Assembly: GCA_022711115.1 (NCBI GenBank)
Contig: JAKLFP010000004.1
Location: 178,625 to 242,624, forward strand
From: Candidatus Omnitrophota bacterium
GTDB lineage: Bacteria; Omnitrophota; Omnitrophia; Omnitrophales; Aquincolibacteriaceae
Direction: 5' to 3'
Length of the DNA stretch: 64,000 nt
Positions 36,678-46,670 of this stretch are shown in pieces; the first letter of the stretch is position 1, and every line of letters begins with the position of its first letter. The notes under the pieces were generated by a model. That model ran no database searches. It was not told the origin of the DNA and saw only the letters and a program-made list of their open reading frames with translations. The position numbers were made by a program, and so were the translations under genes.

Positions 36678-38015
36678 ATGCCTTATCTCTCTCTGACTGA
36701 CGAAGATAAAAAAACTCTTTTACAGAAAATCGGAGTAAATTCTGTTGAAGATCTCCTCAAGGATATTCCTGTCTCTCTCAGAAATCCGAAGGTTTCTCTT
36801 CCGGCAGGTTTGAGCGAACCGGAGGTGCAGGCCCTCCTTACAAAACTTGGGCAAAAAAACACCACAACCAAGGATTTTCTTTCCTTCCTCGGTGCGGGCA
36901 GTTATGAACATTTCATTCCGGCGGCGGAACTTGAGATCGTCGGACGTCAGGAATTTCTAACGGCTTACACGCCCTACCAGCCCGAGGCCTCTCAAGGGAC
37001 TTTGCAGGCGATTTATGAATATCAAAGCCTGATGACGGAGCTGACAGGACTCGATGTATCCAATGCCTCGCATTATGACGGGGCCACCGCATTGGCAGAA
37101 TCTGCGCTGGTAGCTTTGAAGCACACAAATCGATCCAAAATACTTGTGGCCCGCTCCGTGCATCCGCATTATCGGGAAACGATCAGAACTTATTTGACCG
37201 GGACGCCTTATATGGTTGAGGAATTCGGTTTTGAAGTTTCTGGAAAACTCGATAAAACAGATCTCCTCGCCAAACTGAATATGGATATCGCCGGTGTTAT
37301 TTTTCAGTCGCCAAACTTTTTTGGCATTATCGAAGATCTGGAGGGATTAAGCGAAACAATTCATGCGAATGGGTCTCTGATGATCTTGACGGCGAATCCC
37401 TTGTCTCTAGGTATTTTTCGGACGCCGGGGGAATGGGGTGCGGACATCGCAGCTGGCGAAGGGCAGCCACTCGGCCTTTCGATGGAATTCGGTGGTCCCT
37501 TTCTCGGCTACTTTGTGGTGTCGCAGGCTTTGATGCGGCGTATTCCCGGAAGACTTGCCGGTTTGACCGAAGATGCCGACGGGAAGCGGGCATTCTGTTT
37601 GACGCTTCAGGCCCGAGAACAGCATATTCGCCGGGAACGTGCGGGTTCGAACATCTGCAGCAATCAGGCGCTTTGTGCCTTAGCCGCTTGTGCCTATATG
37701 ACACTTTTAGGTAAAAAAGGGATTCGAGAAATCGCGGAAATCAATTTTGATCGGGCGCAATATTTGCGCAGCAAGATCGCTAAGCTTAAAAACTTTGAAG
37801 TGGACGTAAATCTTCCCATCTTCAATGAATTCCGGGTTTTTTCCAAAAAACCTTTTGCAGATGTTGAAAAAAAAATGAAAGAGCAGCAGATTTTTGCGGG
37901 GGTTTCACTCGAAACTTTTTATCCTGAACTTAAAAATCAATTTCTTGTCTGTGCCACCGAAACAAAATCCAAAGAAGGCCTTGACCGGTTTGTGGAGGTG
38001 CTTGCCCGATGCTGA
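36678..38015 (+). CDS. gcvPA: Glycine dehydrogenase (decarboxylating) subunit 1 (P protein N-terminal subunit)
   Basis: 445 aa, typical split-P-protein subunit 1. Confidence 0.9.
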   Translation: MPYLSLTDEDKKTLLQKIGVNSVEDLLKDIPVSLRNPKVSLPAGLSEPEVQALLTKLGQKNTTTKDFLSFLGAGSYEHFIPAAELEIVGRQEFLTAYTPYQPEASQGTLQAIYEYQSLMTELTGLDVSNASHYDGATALAESALVALKHTNRSKILVARSVHPHYRETIRTYLTGTPYMVEEFGFEVSGKLDKTDLLAKLNMDIAGVIFQSPNFFGIIEDLEGLSETIHANGSLMILTANPLSLGIFRTPGEWGADIAAGEGQPLGLSMEFGGPFLGYFVVSQALMRRIPGRLAGLTEDADGKRAFCLTLQAREQHIRRERAGSNICSNQALCALAACAYMTLLGKKGIREIAEINFDRAQYLRSKIAKLKNFEVDVNLPIFNEFRVFSKKPFADVEKKMKEQQIFAGVSLETFYPELKNQFLVCATETKSKEGLDRFVEVLARC

Positions 38016-39508
38016 TTTCTCAGGATGATCGTCTCAGTTTTGAAAAGAGTGTGCCCGGCAGACGGGGTGTGATTCTGCCTAAAGAACGTTTTTGCGAAAA
38101 TGATCCTTTTAAAAATATTCCGCCGCATTTGAAACGCCAGACTACCATTGGTTTTCCGGAGCTTGGTGAGCCTGAAGTGATCCGTCATTTCATCAATCTT
38201 TCGCGGAAAAATTTCTCAGTGGATACGCATTTTTATCCGTTGGGAAGCTGTACCATGAAATATAACCCGAAAGTCAACGAATGGGCGGCTCGTCAGGAAA
38301 AATTCACGGCATTACACCCGCTTCAAACGGAAGAAACAGCTCAAGGGATTTTTGAGATTCTTTATGAATTGGAAGAAGGGCTCAAAGAGATCACGGGCAT
38401 GGATCGATTTACCTTGCAACCGGCGGCTGGCGCACACGGGGAGCTCACTGGAATGATGCTGGTCCGTGCTTATCATGCATCGCGAAGTGAAACGAAGCGC
38501 ACCAAGGTGCTTGTGCCGGATTCGAGTCATGGTACAAATCCTGCTAGTGCGGCTTTGTTTGGTTATCATGTGGTGGAAGTAAAATCCGATAGCCGTGGAC
38601 GTGTGGATCTCGAAGATTTGAAACGTCACCTGGATGAGCATGTGGCTTGTCTGATGCTGACGAATCCCAACACGCTTGGACTTTTCGAAAAAAATATTCT
38701 AGAAATTACAAAACTTGTTCATCAGTACGGCGGTCTTTTATATTATGACGGAGCCAACCTGAATCCCTTGCTTGGTATTGCCAGACCGGGCGACATGGGT
38801 TTTGATATCATCCATGTCAATCTTCATAAGACTTTTTCCACGCCACACGGCGGCGGCGGTCCCGGATCCGGACCGGTTGGGGTCAAATCTCATCTAGCCG
38901 CTTTTCTTCCGGGCCCGCTTGTTGAGAAAACAAAGAACGGTTTTGTTTGGGCTAAAAAAAATCCTCAGTCGGTCGGAAGAGTGAAGCTTTTTCATGGGAA
39001 TGTGGGGGTTATTATCCGCGCTTATACTTACCTAAAGACCATCGGTAAAGAAGGTCTCCGGCAGGTGAGCGATGCGGCTATTTTGAATGCGAATTATATG
39101 AAAGAAAAACTGAAAGAAACTTTTCAAGTCGCAATCGATGAACCTTGCATGCATGAATTTGTGCTTTCGATCAAGACCTTTGACGCGCAAGGGATTCATG
39201 CCGGGGATATCGGAAAGCGTCTCCTGGATTATGGATTTCATGCGCCGACGGTTCATTTCCCGCTTGTGGTGCCGGAAGCTTTGATGATCGAGCCGACGGA
39301 GACCGAAGCTAAAGAAACTCTGGATCGTTTCATCGAAGCGATGGAACAAATTGCCAAGGAGATTCATGAGGATCCTGAAAAAATCAAGCATGCACCGCAC
39401 ACGCTTCCTGTCCGGCGGCCGAACGATGTATTGGCTGCACGTAAGCCTATTTTGTCCTATCGCGATCAGCTCCGGGAAAAGTATCTCCTTGCTGAAGCAG
39501 CCGCATGA
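38009..39508 (+). CDS. gcvPB: Glycine dehydrogenase (decarboxylating) subunit 2 (P protein C-terminal, PLP-binding subunit)
   Basis: 499 aa. PLP-lysine region NLHKTFSTPHGGGGPG. Overlaps the gcvPA stop. Confidence 0.9.
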   Translation: MLISQDDRLSFEKSVPGRRGVILPKERFCENDPFKNIPPHLKRQTTIGFPELGEPEVIRHFINLSRKNFSVDTHFYPLGSCTMKYNPKVNEWAARQEKFTALHPLQTEETAQGIFEILYELEEGLKEITGMDRFTLQPAAGAHGELTGMMLVRAYHASRSETKRTKVLVPDSSHGTNPASAALFGYHVVEVKSDSRGRVDLEDLKRHLDEHVACLMLTNPNTLGLFEKNILEITKLVHQYGGLLYYDGANLNPLLGIARPGDMGFDIIHVNLHKTFSTPHGGGGPGSGPVGVKSHLAAFLPGPLVEKTKNGFVWAKKNPQSVGRVKLFHGNVGVIIRAYTYLKTIGKEGLRQVSDAAILNANYMKEKLKETFQVAIDEPCMHEFVLSIKTFDAQGIHAGDIGKRLLDYGFHAPTVHFPLVVPEALMIEPTETEAKETLDRFIEAMEQIAKEIHEDPEKIKHAPHTLPVRRPNDVLAARKPILSYRDQLREKYLLAEAAA

Positions 39509-40188
39509 AATGGCAGTTGCTTTCCACGATCAGTGCGCCGATGCCGTTCCAAATGGCATTGGATCAGCTTCTGTTTGAAAAACAAAAAAACGAAAATCAA
39601 AAACCGCTTTTAAGATTTTATTATTCCTCAGAACCTTGGATCAGTGTCGGTTATTCCTTCCGGGATGCTTCGGCATTTTCTCGTTCCGAGCTTGTTCGCA
39701 CTCATCCCTCGATTCCAGTATGTCGGCGTTTAACAGGCGGTGGATGTGTGTTCCATGGAAGAGATCTGATCTTCTCATTCATTGTCCGGACAGACGTTGA
39801 TCCGGAGAAATTGGGTTCTGTCCGAACGAGCTATAGCAAGATCCACGAAAGTGTTAAAATGGGTTTTGAGGCGCTTGGCTTAAATTTGAAATTCTACCGT
39901 TTGGCCGAAGAACTGCCGAAGGGAAATGATTGTTTTCGCTTTCCGGTGGTCAGCGATCTTGCCTGGAAAGGGCAAAAGATAGCTGGGGGTGCGCAAAAAC
40001 GTTCCCAGGGTGTGCTCTTGCATCAGGAATCCATACAGGTACCTGATGGTATGGAATCCAAAAAGTTAATTGCTGGGATCATCAAAGGGTTTGAAGCGGT
40101 TTTCAATGTGACCGTTACAGAGGAAACCTGGGATCCTGGACTTTTTTTTGAAGCAGAGAAAGGAAAAGGACTCACTGAGTCTCACTAA
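39505..40188 (+). CDS. Lipoate-protein ligase / octanoyltransferase, catalytic BPL/LPL domain only (LplA/LipM-like short form)
   Basis: 227 aa. RRLTGGGCVFHGRD (LplA-type RRxxGGGxVxHD motif) and conserved Lys in GQKIAGGAQKR. Start overlaps the gcvPB stop (ATGA). No LplA C-terminal domain. Confidence 0.72.
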   Translation: MKWQLLSTISAPMPFQMALDQLLFEKQKNENQKPLLRFYYSSEPWISVGYSFRDASAFSRSELVRTHPSIPVCRRLTGGGCVFHGRDLIFSFIVRTDVDPEKLGSVRTSYSKIHESVKMGFEALGLNLKFYRLAEELPKGNDCFRFPVVSDLAWKGQKIAGGAQKRSQGVLLHQESIQVPDGMESKKLIAGIIKGFEAVFNVTVTEETWDPGLFFEAEKGKGLTESH

Positions 40189-40189
40189 A

Positions 40190-40567
40190 ATGGAAGAATA
40201 CGGAACTTATCTGAAAAAGATCGAAGCGATTCTCGAAAAAAATTCGGTTTACAAATTTGAGTCATACACGTTTGTGCTCGCGGCCCTTCATGACACGGTT
40301 TCCAAGTTCAAAAAGCCAAGGCACATTTCAGGGAAAGAACTGACGGAAGGGATCCGGAATTATGCGCTGCAACAATTCGGGCCGATGACGACAACAGTCC
40401 TGAATTACTGGGGGGTGTATAAGACCATCGATTTCGGAAAGATTGTTTTCTCGCTGATCGAGGCCAAATTGCTCAGCAAACAGCCGGAAGATAAATTGGA
40501 AGATTTTGAAAACATCTATGAATTTGATGAAGCGTTTGAGAAAGGTTATAAAATAGAAGATGAGTAA
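40190..40567 (+). CDS. Conserved hypothetical protein (acidic C-terminus)
   Basis: About 125 aa. The ATG follows the ligase stop and the 3' end overlaps the pcrA start. No recognisable domain. Confidence 0.45.
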   Translation: MEEYGTYLKKIEAILEKNSVYKFESYTFVLAALHDTVSKFKKPRHISGKELTEGIRNYALQQFGPMTTTVLNYWGVYKTIDFGKIVFSLIEAKLLSKQPEDKLEDFENIYEFDEAFEKGYKIEDE

Positions 40568-42605
40568 AGATCTTTTGGCAAATCTGAATCCGGCTCAGAA
40601 GGAGGCAGTGGCCTGGCCTCCCCAGCGACCTTTGCTTATCTTGGCTGGTGCGGGAAGCGGGAAAACCCGTATTCTCACACACCGGATTGCCCATTTGATC
40701 TCATGTGGTGTCCCGGCATTTAATATCCTTGGCGTCACTTTTACGAATAAGGCGGCGCAAGAGATGCGTATGCGTATCGAGAAACTGGTTGCCCAACAGG
40801 TTTGGATCAGCACCTTCCACTCCACATGTCTCAGGATCCTCCGTCTCGACGGGCCGGCGATCGAGATCGACCGGAATTTCATCATCTACGATGAATACGA
40901 TCAGCTTCAGATCATCAAAGAATGCGTTCAGGAGCTTGGCCTGAATGAAAAACAGGTTCATCCCAAAGGTGTTCGCGAAGAAATCCAGCGTGCTAAGGAT
41001 TTTCTTGTGACTGCTTTTCAATATGCAGAAAAAGCGTCTGACTTCTATCAGCAAGCGGTGGGGAAAGTTTATCAAAAATATGAAGAAAAACTTAAAAAAC
41101 TCAAGGCATGTGATTTTGGAGACCTGATCATGAAGACCGTTTCGCTTTTTGACCGTCATCCGGAAATCCTTAAGACTTGGCAGGACAGGTTTCAACATGT
41201 TCTCATCGATGAATACCAGGACACGAACCATGCACAATACCGGTTTGTCAAATTGCTGGCTTCAGCCAAACGTCAAATCACCGTCGTTGGGGATCCTGAC
41301 CAATCCATTTATGCCTGGCGCGGCGCGGATATTAAAAATATTCTGAATTTCGAGGCGGATTATCCGGAATGCGGGATCATCCGAATGGAGCAGAATTACC
41401 GCTCCACGCCGGTGATTCTGGAAGCTGCGAACCACTTGATTCAGAATAACCAGATCCGTAAACCCAAGGCTCTTTGGACCGAACGGAAGGGCGGAGAAAA
41501 GATCGAGCTTTTCAACGCGGAGGATGAAGTTTCAGAAGCGAAATATGCTGTTCGAAATGTTTTGAAGTATAAAAGCGAGGGGCGCACTTTTGCGGACCAG
41601 GTCGTTTTCTATCGCGTTCATGCCCAATCGCGCATTCTTGAGGATGAACTCATGCGCGCGAACGTGCCTTACAAAATCGTTGGGGGAACCCGTTTTTATG
41701 ATCGCAAAGAGATCAAGGATGTCATTGCTTATCTTCGGCTTGTGGCTTACCCGCATGATGAGGTGAGCTTGAAGCGGGTGATTAATGTTCCTCCGCGCGG
41801 AATCGGGAAAAAAGCTATGGAAACCTTGGAGGGAGAGGCTCAAGGGCGCACTTGGGATGAAGTCCTCAAAAGTCTGAAGAATATTTCAAATTTGACGCCC
41901 AAGGTGCAAAAATCCTTAGGTGATTTTTATGCTTGGCTGGAAAAACTCAGAAGCAAACATTTCGAGATGAAAATCAGCGATATCCTTGAAAAAATACTCG
42001 AAGATACGGGATATGTTGCGGTACTTGAAGCGGAACGGACTGCTGAGGCGCAAGTGCGGCTTGAAAATATCGAAGAATTTTTCAGCGTTATCGAGGATCA
42101 TGGCGAACGTTTTGCGACCATTCCGACGGATCAAAAGAGTGATCAATCACCTCTCGAATCCTTTCTGGAATCCATTGAACTTGTGACGGATCTTGATGCA
42201 TGGGATCAGGGAACGAACGTGCTGACACTGATGACGCTCCATACGGCCAAGGGGTTGGAGTTTCCGATCGTTTATATGGTGGGGATGGAAGAAGGGATCT
42301 TTCCGCATGTTAATTCCTACATGGGTGCATCTGATGAGATGGAAGAAGAAAGACGCCTTTGCTATGTGGGTATCACGCGAGCTCGTGAAAAGTTGCATCT
42401 TTCATATGCGACCCAACGCCGCCTTTATGGGGCGGTTCAGCATAATTTACCTTCGCGTTTTCTAAATGAAATCCCCGCAGGACTTTACGATACGAAAGCT
42501 ATGTACGTTCAAAATGATTTTTCTGAAGCGGATGAGGATCTGTCCATCCACGATCCTGTCATTGAATTTGATGATGATCGGCCTTTGCGTTTTGGCCGTG
42601 ATTAG
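40560..42605 (+). CDS. pcrA: ATP-dependent DNA helicase PcrA/UvrD (SF1)
   Basis: 681 aa. Motif I AGAGSGKTRIL, motif II VLIDEYQDTN, motifs III-VI, and TLHTAKGLEFP. Confidence 0.9.
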   Translation: MSKDLLANLNPAQKEAVAWPPQRPLLILAGAGSGKTRILTHRIAHLISCGVPAFNILGVTFTNKAAQEMRMRIEKLVAQQVWISTFHSTCLRILRLDGPAIEIDRNFIIYDEYDQLQIIKECVQELGLNEKQVHPKGVREEIQRAKDFLVTAFQYAEKASDFYQQAVGKVYQKYEEKLKKLKACDFGDLIMKTVSLFDRHPEILKTWQDRFQHVLIDEYQDTNHAQYRFVKLLASAKRQITVVGDPDQSIYAWRGADIKNILNFEADYPECGIIRMEQNYRSTPVILEAANHLIQNNQIRKPKALWTERKGGEKIELFNAEDEVSEAKYAVRNVLKYKSEGRTFADQVVFYRVHAQSRILEDELMRANVPYKIVGGTRFYDRKEIKDVIAYLRLVAYPHDEVSLKRVINVPPRGIGKKAMETLEGEAQGRTWDEVLKSLKNISNLTPKVQKSLGDFYAWLEKLRSKHFEMKISDILEKILEDTGYVAVLEAERTAEAQVRLENIEEFFSVIEDHGERFATIPTDQKSDQSPLESFLESIELVTDLDAWDQGTNVLTLMTLHTAKGLEFPIVYMVGMEEGIFPHVNSYMGASDEMEEERRLCYVGITRAREKLHLSYATQRRLYGAVQHNLPSRFLNEIPAGLYDTKAMYVQNDFSEADEDLSIHDPVIEFDDDRPLRFGRD

Positions 42606-42789
42606 TTTTTAAAACCAGTGACTTATTTTAGTTTCAAAAAAATGCGGCTCCTGATGAAATTTTCAAAAATAAATTCCATTTCTCATTCATTCGATCCACT
42701 CGTGGTGCTTAAAGATCGATTGATGGGTGAACGGTATAGTATTGTTGATCTATAGAATCAAATGAAAAACAGTGCTAAAATTCATCTCT

Positions 42790-42830
42790 ATCCTGACTTT
42801 AGATTTTTTACATAGAAGGGAAGTCAGGAT
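42790..42830. repeat. Perfect 10-bp inverted repeat (ATCCTGACTT ... AAGTCAGGAT) with a 21-nt spacer in the pcrA-plsC intergenic region
   Basis: Read directly from the sequence. Not followed by a T-tract. Lies ~45 nt upstream of the preferred plsC start (42874). Confidence 0.4.
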
Positions 42831-42873
42831 TGCCCCAATTTCTGCTTCGCAAAAATTGAAAGGTATTGGGACT

Positions 42874-43662
42874 ATGAAAATCTATAAAGAAAAACGGCTT
42901 GGAGTTTTGGCAGGCCTTTTTTACTCGGTCATTATGTGGGGAGGAGTGTTTCTGCTCACCATTTTTTTTACTTTGATGGATCTTATTGTCGCTTTTCCGC
43001 TTTCACTTCTTATCGACAAAGGAACGCGACGGTTGGTCCATCAAGTATCAATATTTTGGGCGCAAGGCATCATTGCCTGGAATCCGATCTGGAAATTGGT
43101 TGTGACCGGACTGGGGAATATTCAGAAGGGGAAGCATTATGTTGTGGTAGCGAATCACCAGAGCCTGCTTGATATCCTTGCGGTATGTGCTGCTCTCCCA
43201 CTTAATTTCAGATTCCTTGCCAAGAAAGAATTATTTTATGTGCCCTTCATGGGGTGGGCCATGAGTTGTGCCGGCTATGTGCCCCTGGACCGGGCCAGCC
43301 ATGAGAGCGGGCGTAAAGCTATCAAACGGATTACGGAACTTTTAGCCATGCGGTTGAGTGTGCTTCTTTTTCCTGAAGGAACCCGAAGTCTGGATGGAAA
43401 GATTCACGCATTTAAAATGGGGGCTTTTAAACTTGCTCGCGATAGTAACGTTGAAATTCTTCCTGTCGTGATCGAGGGGACCGGTCGTGCATTGCCTAAA
43501 AAAAGCATTTTTCTCAGAAACCGGAGTAAATTCATTGTATCTATCGGGAAACCGGTATCGCTTGAGAACTTCAGTGATCGCTCGATGGAGGAAGTGAAAG
43601 AAAAAATCCGTCATGAAATGATTTCGCGGCTTGAGAGGATCCGTCACGGGAAAGATCTCTGA
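42874..43662 (+). CDS. plsC: 1-acyl-sn-glycerol-3-phosphate acyltransferase
   Basis: HX4D acyltransferase motif VVANHQSLLD, FPEGTRS and PVVIEG blocks. ORF open from a GTG at 42772; the ATG at 42874 (MKIYKEK) is preferred. Confidence 0.8.
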   Translation: MKIYKEKRLGVLAGLFYSVIMWGGVFLLTIFFTLMDLIVAFPLSLLIDKGTRRLVHQVSIFWAQGIIAWNPIWKLVVTGLGNIQKGKHYVVVANHQSLLDILAVCAALPLNFRFLAKKELFYVPFMGWAMSCAGYVPLDRASHESGRKAIKRITELLAMRLSVLLFPEGTRSLDGKIHAFKMGAFKLARDSNVEILPVVIEGTGRALPKKSIFLRNRSKFIVSIGKPVSLENFSDRSMEEVKEKIRHEMISRLERIRHGKDL

Positions 43663-44405
43663 TGAAAATTCTCACTCTGAATACCTGGCAGGAACGTGGT
43701 CCTTGGCAAAAGCGTTGGGAACTTATTTTTCAAGGGCTTAAAGAATACAACGCCGATGTTGTTGGTTTTCAGGAAGTTTTCAACATGGAGTGGGCGAAAA
43801 CGATTCGGGAGCGGAGTGGTTATCCTTATCTTGCAGTCAGCGGCCAACATTCAGGACTTATTTTTCTCTCAAAGCTCAAGCTCGTGGAACAGGAATGTCT
43901 CATCATGACGACAAAATCGCCGACCGAGGATTATTTGCGCTATGCCTTTTATGTCCAGGTTGCTGAAGACCGTCATAATATCGCGCTGATCAATACGCAC
44001 CTATCCTGGAAAGCTGAAGAAAATGATGTGCGGATGAAACAAGTCATGGAATTGTCTGACTTTGTGCAACGGAAGGCCGGGAATCTTCCAACGGCAGTGA
44101 TGGGAGATTTTAATACGGGGCCTTATACCACACCGATGGTTTATTTGCGGGAGATGAAACAGTGGATCGATACGTATCCGGGGATCAATTTGGGAGCGGC
44201 GGGTCTCACATGGGATTACCGGAATCCGTATGCCGAGGCAGAACGTGACAAAATGGCAGAACGGCGCATTGATTATATTTTTATCCGTGAGCGAACAGGA
44301 CCTTTTGAAAGGGTCCGGTCCTCGAAAGTTGTTTTTGATCAACCGTCCCAAGAGGGAATTTTTTCTTCAGATCACTTTGGTGTTTTAACCGAATTTGCGA
44401 GTTGA
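43662..44405 (+). CDS. Endonuclease/exonuclease/phosphatase (EEP) family protein
   Basis: 247 aa. ILTLNTW...GFQEV N-terminal motif, GDFN, SDH C-terminal catalytic His. Confidence 0.75.
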   Translation: MKILTLNTWQERGPWQKRWELIFQGLKEYNADVVGFQEVFNMEWAKTIRERSGYPYLAVSGQHSGLIFLSKLKLVEQECLIMTTKSPTEDYLRYAFYVQVAEDRHNIALINTHLSWKAEENDVRMKQVMELSDFVQRKAGNLPTAVMGDFNTGPYTTPMVYLREMKQWIDTYPGINLGAAGLTWDYRNPYAEAERDKMAERRIDYIFIRERTGPFERVRSSKVVFDQPSQEGIFSSDHFGVLTEFAS

Positions 44406-44412
44406 TAAAAAT

Positions 44413-45540
44413 ATGGAACATACGGATTTGTCTCAGAAAGCAGCAGCTTATCAGAAGATTCGAAGGCGTCTTACATTATTTCACCTTTTCTTCACGCCAT
44501 CCCTTCTCTTGACACTTGTTCTGACGGGATTGACGTTTGCTATGCGCAGAAATGCCGTGGCTCTGGCCCACGGCAATGAAGGAATCGTGGTGGCGGTCTA
44601 TTTCTTGCTTTTCTCACTTTATTTTTTGATCTTCGATTTGCCCGTGTCCTATTATTCGGGTTTTGTGCTGGAACATCAGTTCGGTCTTTCGAACCAGAAC
44701 TTCAAAAGTTGGCTGTGGGAGTTGTTGAAGAAGACGCTTCTTTCTTTTACCTTGTCGCTCGCGCTACTGGAGTTTTTATACCTGATTATTCGGAAGTTTC
44801 CGGAGAGTTGGTGGATTTGGGCTTGGGCCGGTTATGCGCTCGTGAGCTATGTGATGGGAAAGGTTTTTCCAGTTCTGATTGTGCCGCTTTTTTACAAATA
44901 CGGCAAATTAGAAGACAAAACCTTGGAGGAAAAAATACTGAAACTGGTCGGGCGTTTTGGGATGCCCGTCAAAAATGTTTATGCTCTGAATTTGAGTAAA
45001 ACGACCAAGAAGGCGAACGCGGCGTTCATGGGGATCGGCAAAACCAAACGAGTTGTGCTAAGCGATACTTTGATCAACCACTTCAGCCATCCAGAGGTGG
45101 AGGTTGTCGTTGCTCACGAACTCGGTCATTTCAAACACCACGATATATGGCGGTTGTTTTTCTTGGGGATGATCACCTCCTTTTTTGCATTTGGCATTGG
45201 TTTTTGGGGGATGAACCGTCTTGCCCATTCGATGAATTTAACCTCAACGGCTGATGTGGCCGGATTACCAATCCTTTTTTTAATTTTCTATCTGGTTAAT
45301 TTGGTTTTGATGCCGCTTCTGAATGCTTATTCGAGACACCAGGAAAATGAGGCGGATCTCTTTGCCCTGCGAGCCGGTTTTCATAAAAATGATTTTATTT
45401 CGTGTATGCAAAAACTGGGATCTCAGAATCTCGCGGACCCAAACCCTCCAGCGTGGTATGAGTGGCTTTTTTATGATCATCCGTCGATCGGAAAGCGGAT
45501 CGAAATGGCAGAACAATATCAGCCGGATCAGGTCCGATGA
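44413..45540 (+). CDS. M48-family zinc metalloprotease (Ste24/HtpX-like), membrane
   Basis: Multiple TM. HEXXH VVAHELGHFKHHD. Downstream Glu (ENEAD). ORF open from a TTG at 44395; the ATG at 44413 is preferred. Confidence 0.8.
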   Translation: MEHTDLSQKAAAYQKIRRRLTLFHLFFTPSLLLTLVLTGLTFAMRRNAVALAHGNEGIVVAVYFLLFSLYFLIFDLPVSYYSGFVLEHQFGLSNQNFKSWLWELLKKTLLSFTLSLALLEFLYLIIRKFPESWWIWAWAGYALVSYVMGKVFPVLIVPLFYKYGKLEDKTLEEKILKLVGRFGMPVKNVYALNLSKTTKKANAAFMGIGKTKRVVLSDTLINHFSHPEVEVVVAHELGHFKHHDIWRLFFLGMITSFFAFGIGFWGMNRLAHSMNLTSTADVAGLPILFLIFYLVNLVLMPLLNAYSRHQENEADLFALRAGFHKNDFISCMQKLGSQNLADPNPPAWYEWLFYDHPSIGKRIEMAEQYQPDQVR

Positions 45541-46670
45541 AGGTCCTGAAAATCGGAATAGTTATTTTTGGACTAAGCATCATCCTTTGGATGCGACAAT
45601 CTCTTTTTGCCGATGAGCTCTCCTTGAATGAGCAAAGACAGGATCCGGTGGAACGTCGGCAAAAAATTGAACTTGAAAAATTTTATTACGGAAATGGGAA
45701 GGACAATAAAGCTCCGAAGACGCCGATAGCGATCGGATTCTATAATGATGCGGTCAAGTTTTATGAGAAGGGGGAATATGATCTCGCAAGGCAAGCTTTG
45801 AATGAATCGCTGGCTCTGGTGCCCCGGAACGCGCTGGCTTATGAACTTCTTGGTGAGATTGAGAATCTTCAGCAGAATCCTGAAAGAGCTTCAGAGTATT
45901 ATAAAAAAAGTTATCTGATGAACCCGACGCCCCGTGTACGGAAAAGGATCGAACAACTTCAGAAGGAGCAGCGAGTAGACAACAAACTGGACACCTACGA
46001 TGAAGAGCATTTCATTATTAAATATCGTCGAGGGGAGCAGGGTTATGAAGGGTACTGGCTTAAGAATATGCTGCGGGAATGCTACCGGCAGGTTTCGCAG
46101 GACTTTGGCTATTTTTTAAATCACAAAACTGTTGTTTTGTTTTATAGCAGGGATGAATTCAATGATGTGACAGGGCAGGAACATTGGGTGGGCGGTCTTT
46201 ATGACGGCAAAATTCGTTTGCCGTCGTATCAACAGGGTTTCAAGGAAATAGACCTTCGCCTGGCAGCGATCCATGAGTTGACTCACGCGTTTGTGGCAAT
46301 CCTGAGCGGGATGCGTGCACCAGCCTGGATTCATGAAGGGTTAGCGCAATATGAGGAGGCTCAGATAGCCCCCAAAGACATGCTGGTTTTTGAAGCCGCG
46401 GTCAAAACGAAAGCGCTTATTCCGCTGAACCGGCTTTTTTCTGAAAAGATGGATTCAAAAAAGAAGGATAAGCTTGAAATTATGCTTTTCTATCAGGAAT
46501 CTTATATGCTGGTGCATTATTTGGTGAAGCGCTATCAAATGTATCGCATCAAGGGAATGCTCATCAAATTTAAAGAAGGCAAGACCGTCGAAGAAGCAGT
46601 CGAAGAAACCTTCGGAATTTCAGTGCATCAATTGGAGAAAGAATGGCTCGCTACCTTATCAAGAACTTAA
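45537..46670 (+). CDS. Secreted TPR-repeat protein with a peptidase-MA-like (HExxH ... EGLAQY) C-terminal domain
   Basis: 377 aa. Signal peptide, TPR around aa 60-140. AIHELTHAF ... HEGLAQYEE resembles the PF13485 peptidase_MA_2 family. Start overlaps the M48 stop (ATGA). Confidence 0.55.
   Translation: MKVLKIGIVIFGLSIILWMRQSLFADELSLNEQRQDPVERRQKIELEKFYYGNGKDNKAPKTPIAIGFYNDAVKFYEKGEYDLARQALNESLALVPRNALAYELLGEIENLQQNPERASEYYKKSYLMNPTPRVRKRIEQLQKEQRVDNKLDTYDEEHFIIKYRRGEQGYEGYWLKNMLRECYRQVSQDFGYFLNHKTVVLFYSRDEFNDVTGQEHWVGGLYDGKIRLPSYQQGFKEIDLRLAAIHELTHAFVAILSGMRAPAWIHEGLAQYEEAQIAPKDMLVFEAAVKTKALIPLNRLFSEKMDSKKKDKLEIMLFYQESYMLVHYLVKRYQMYRIKGMLIKFKEGKTVEEAVEETFGISVHQLEKEWLATLSRT

Noticed and set aside
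40701-41237. 178-aa minus-strand ORF
   Set aside because: It lies entirely inside the well-supported pcrA/uvrD gene on the opposite strand and has no recognisable domain. Treated as a shadow ORF.
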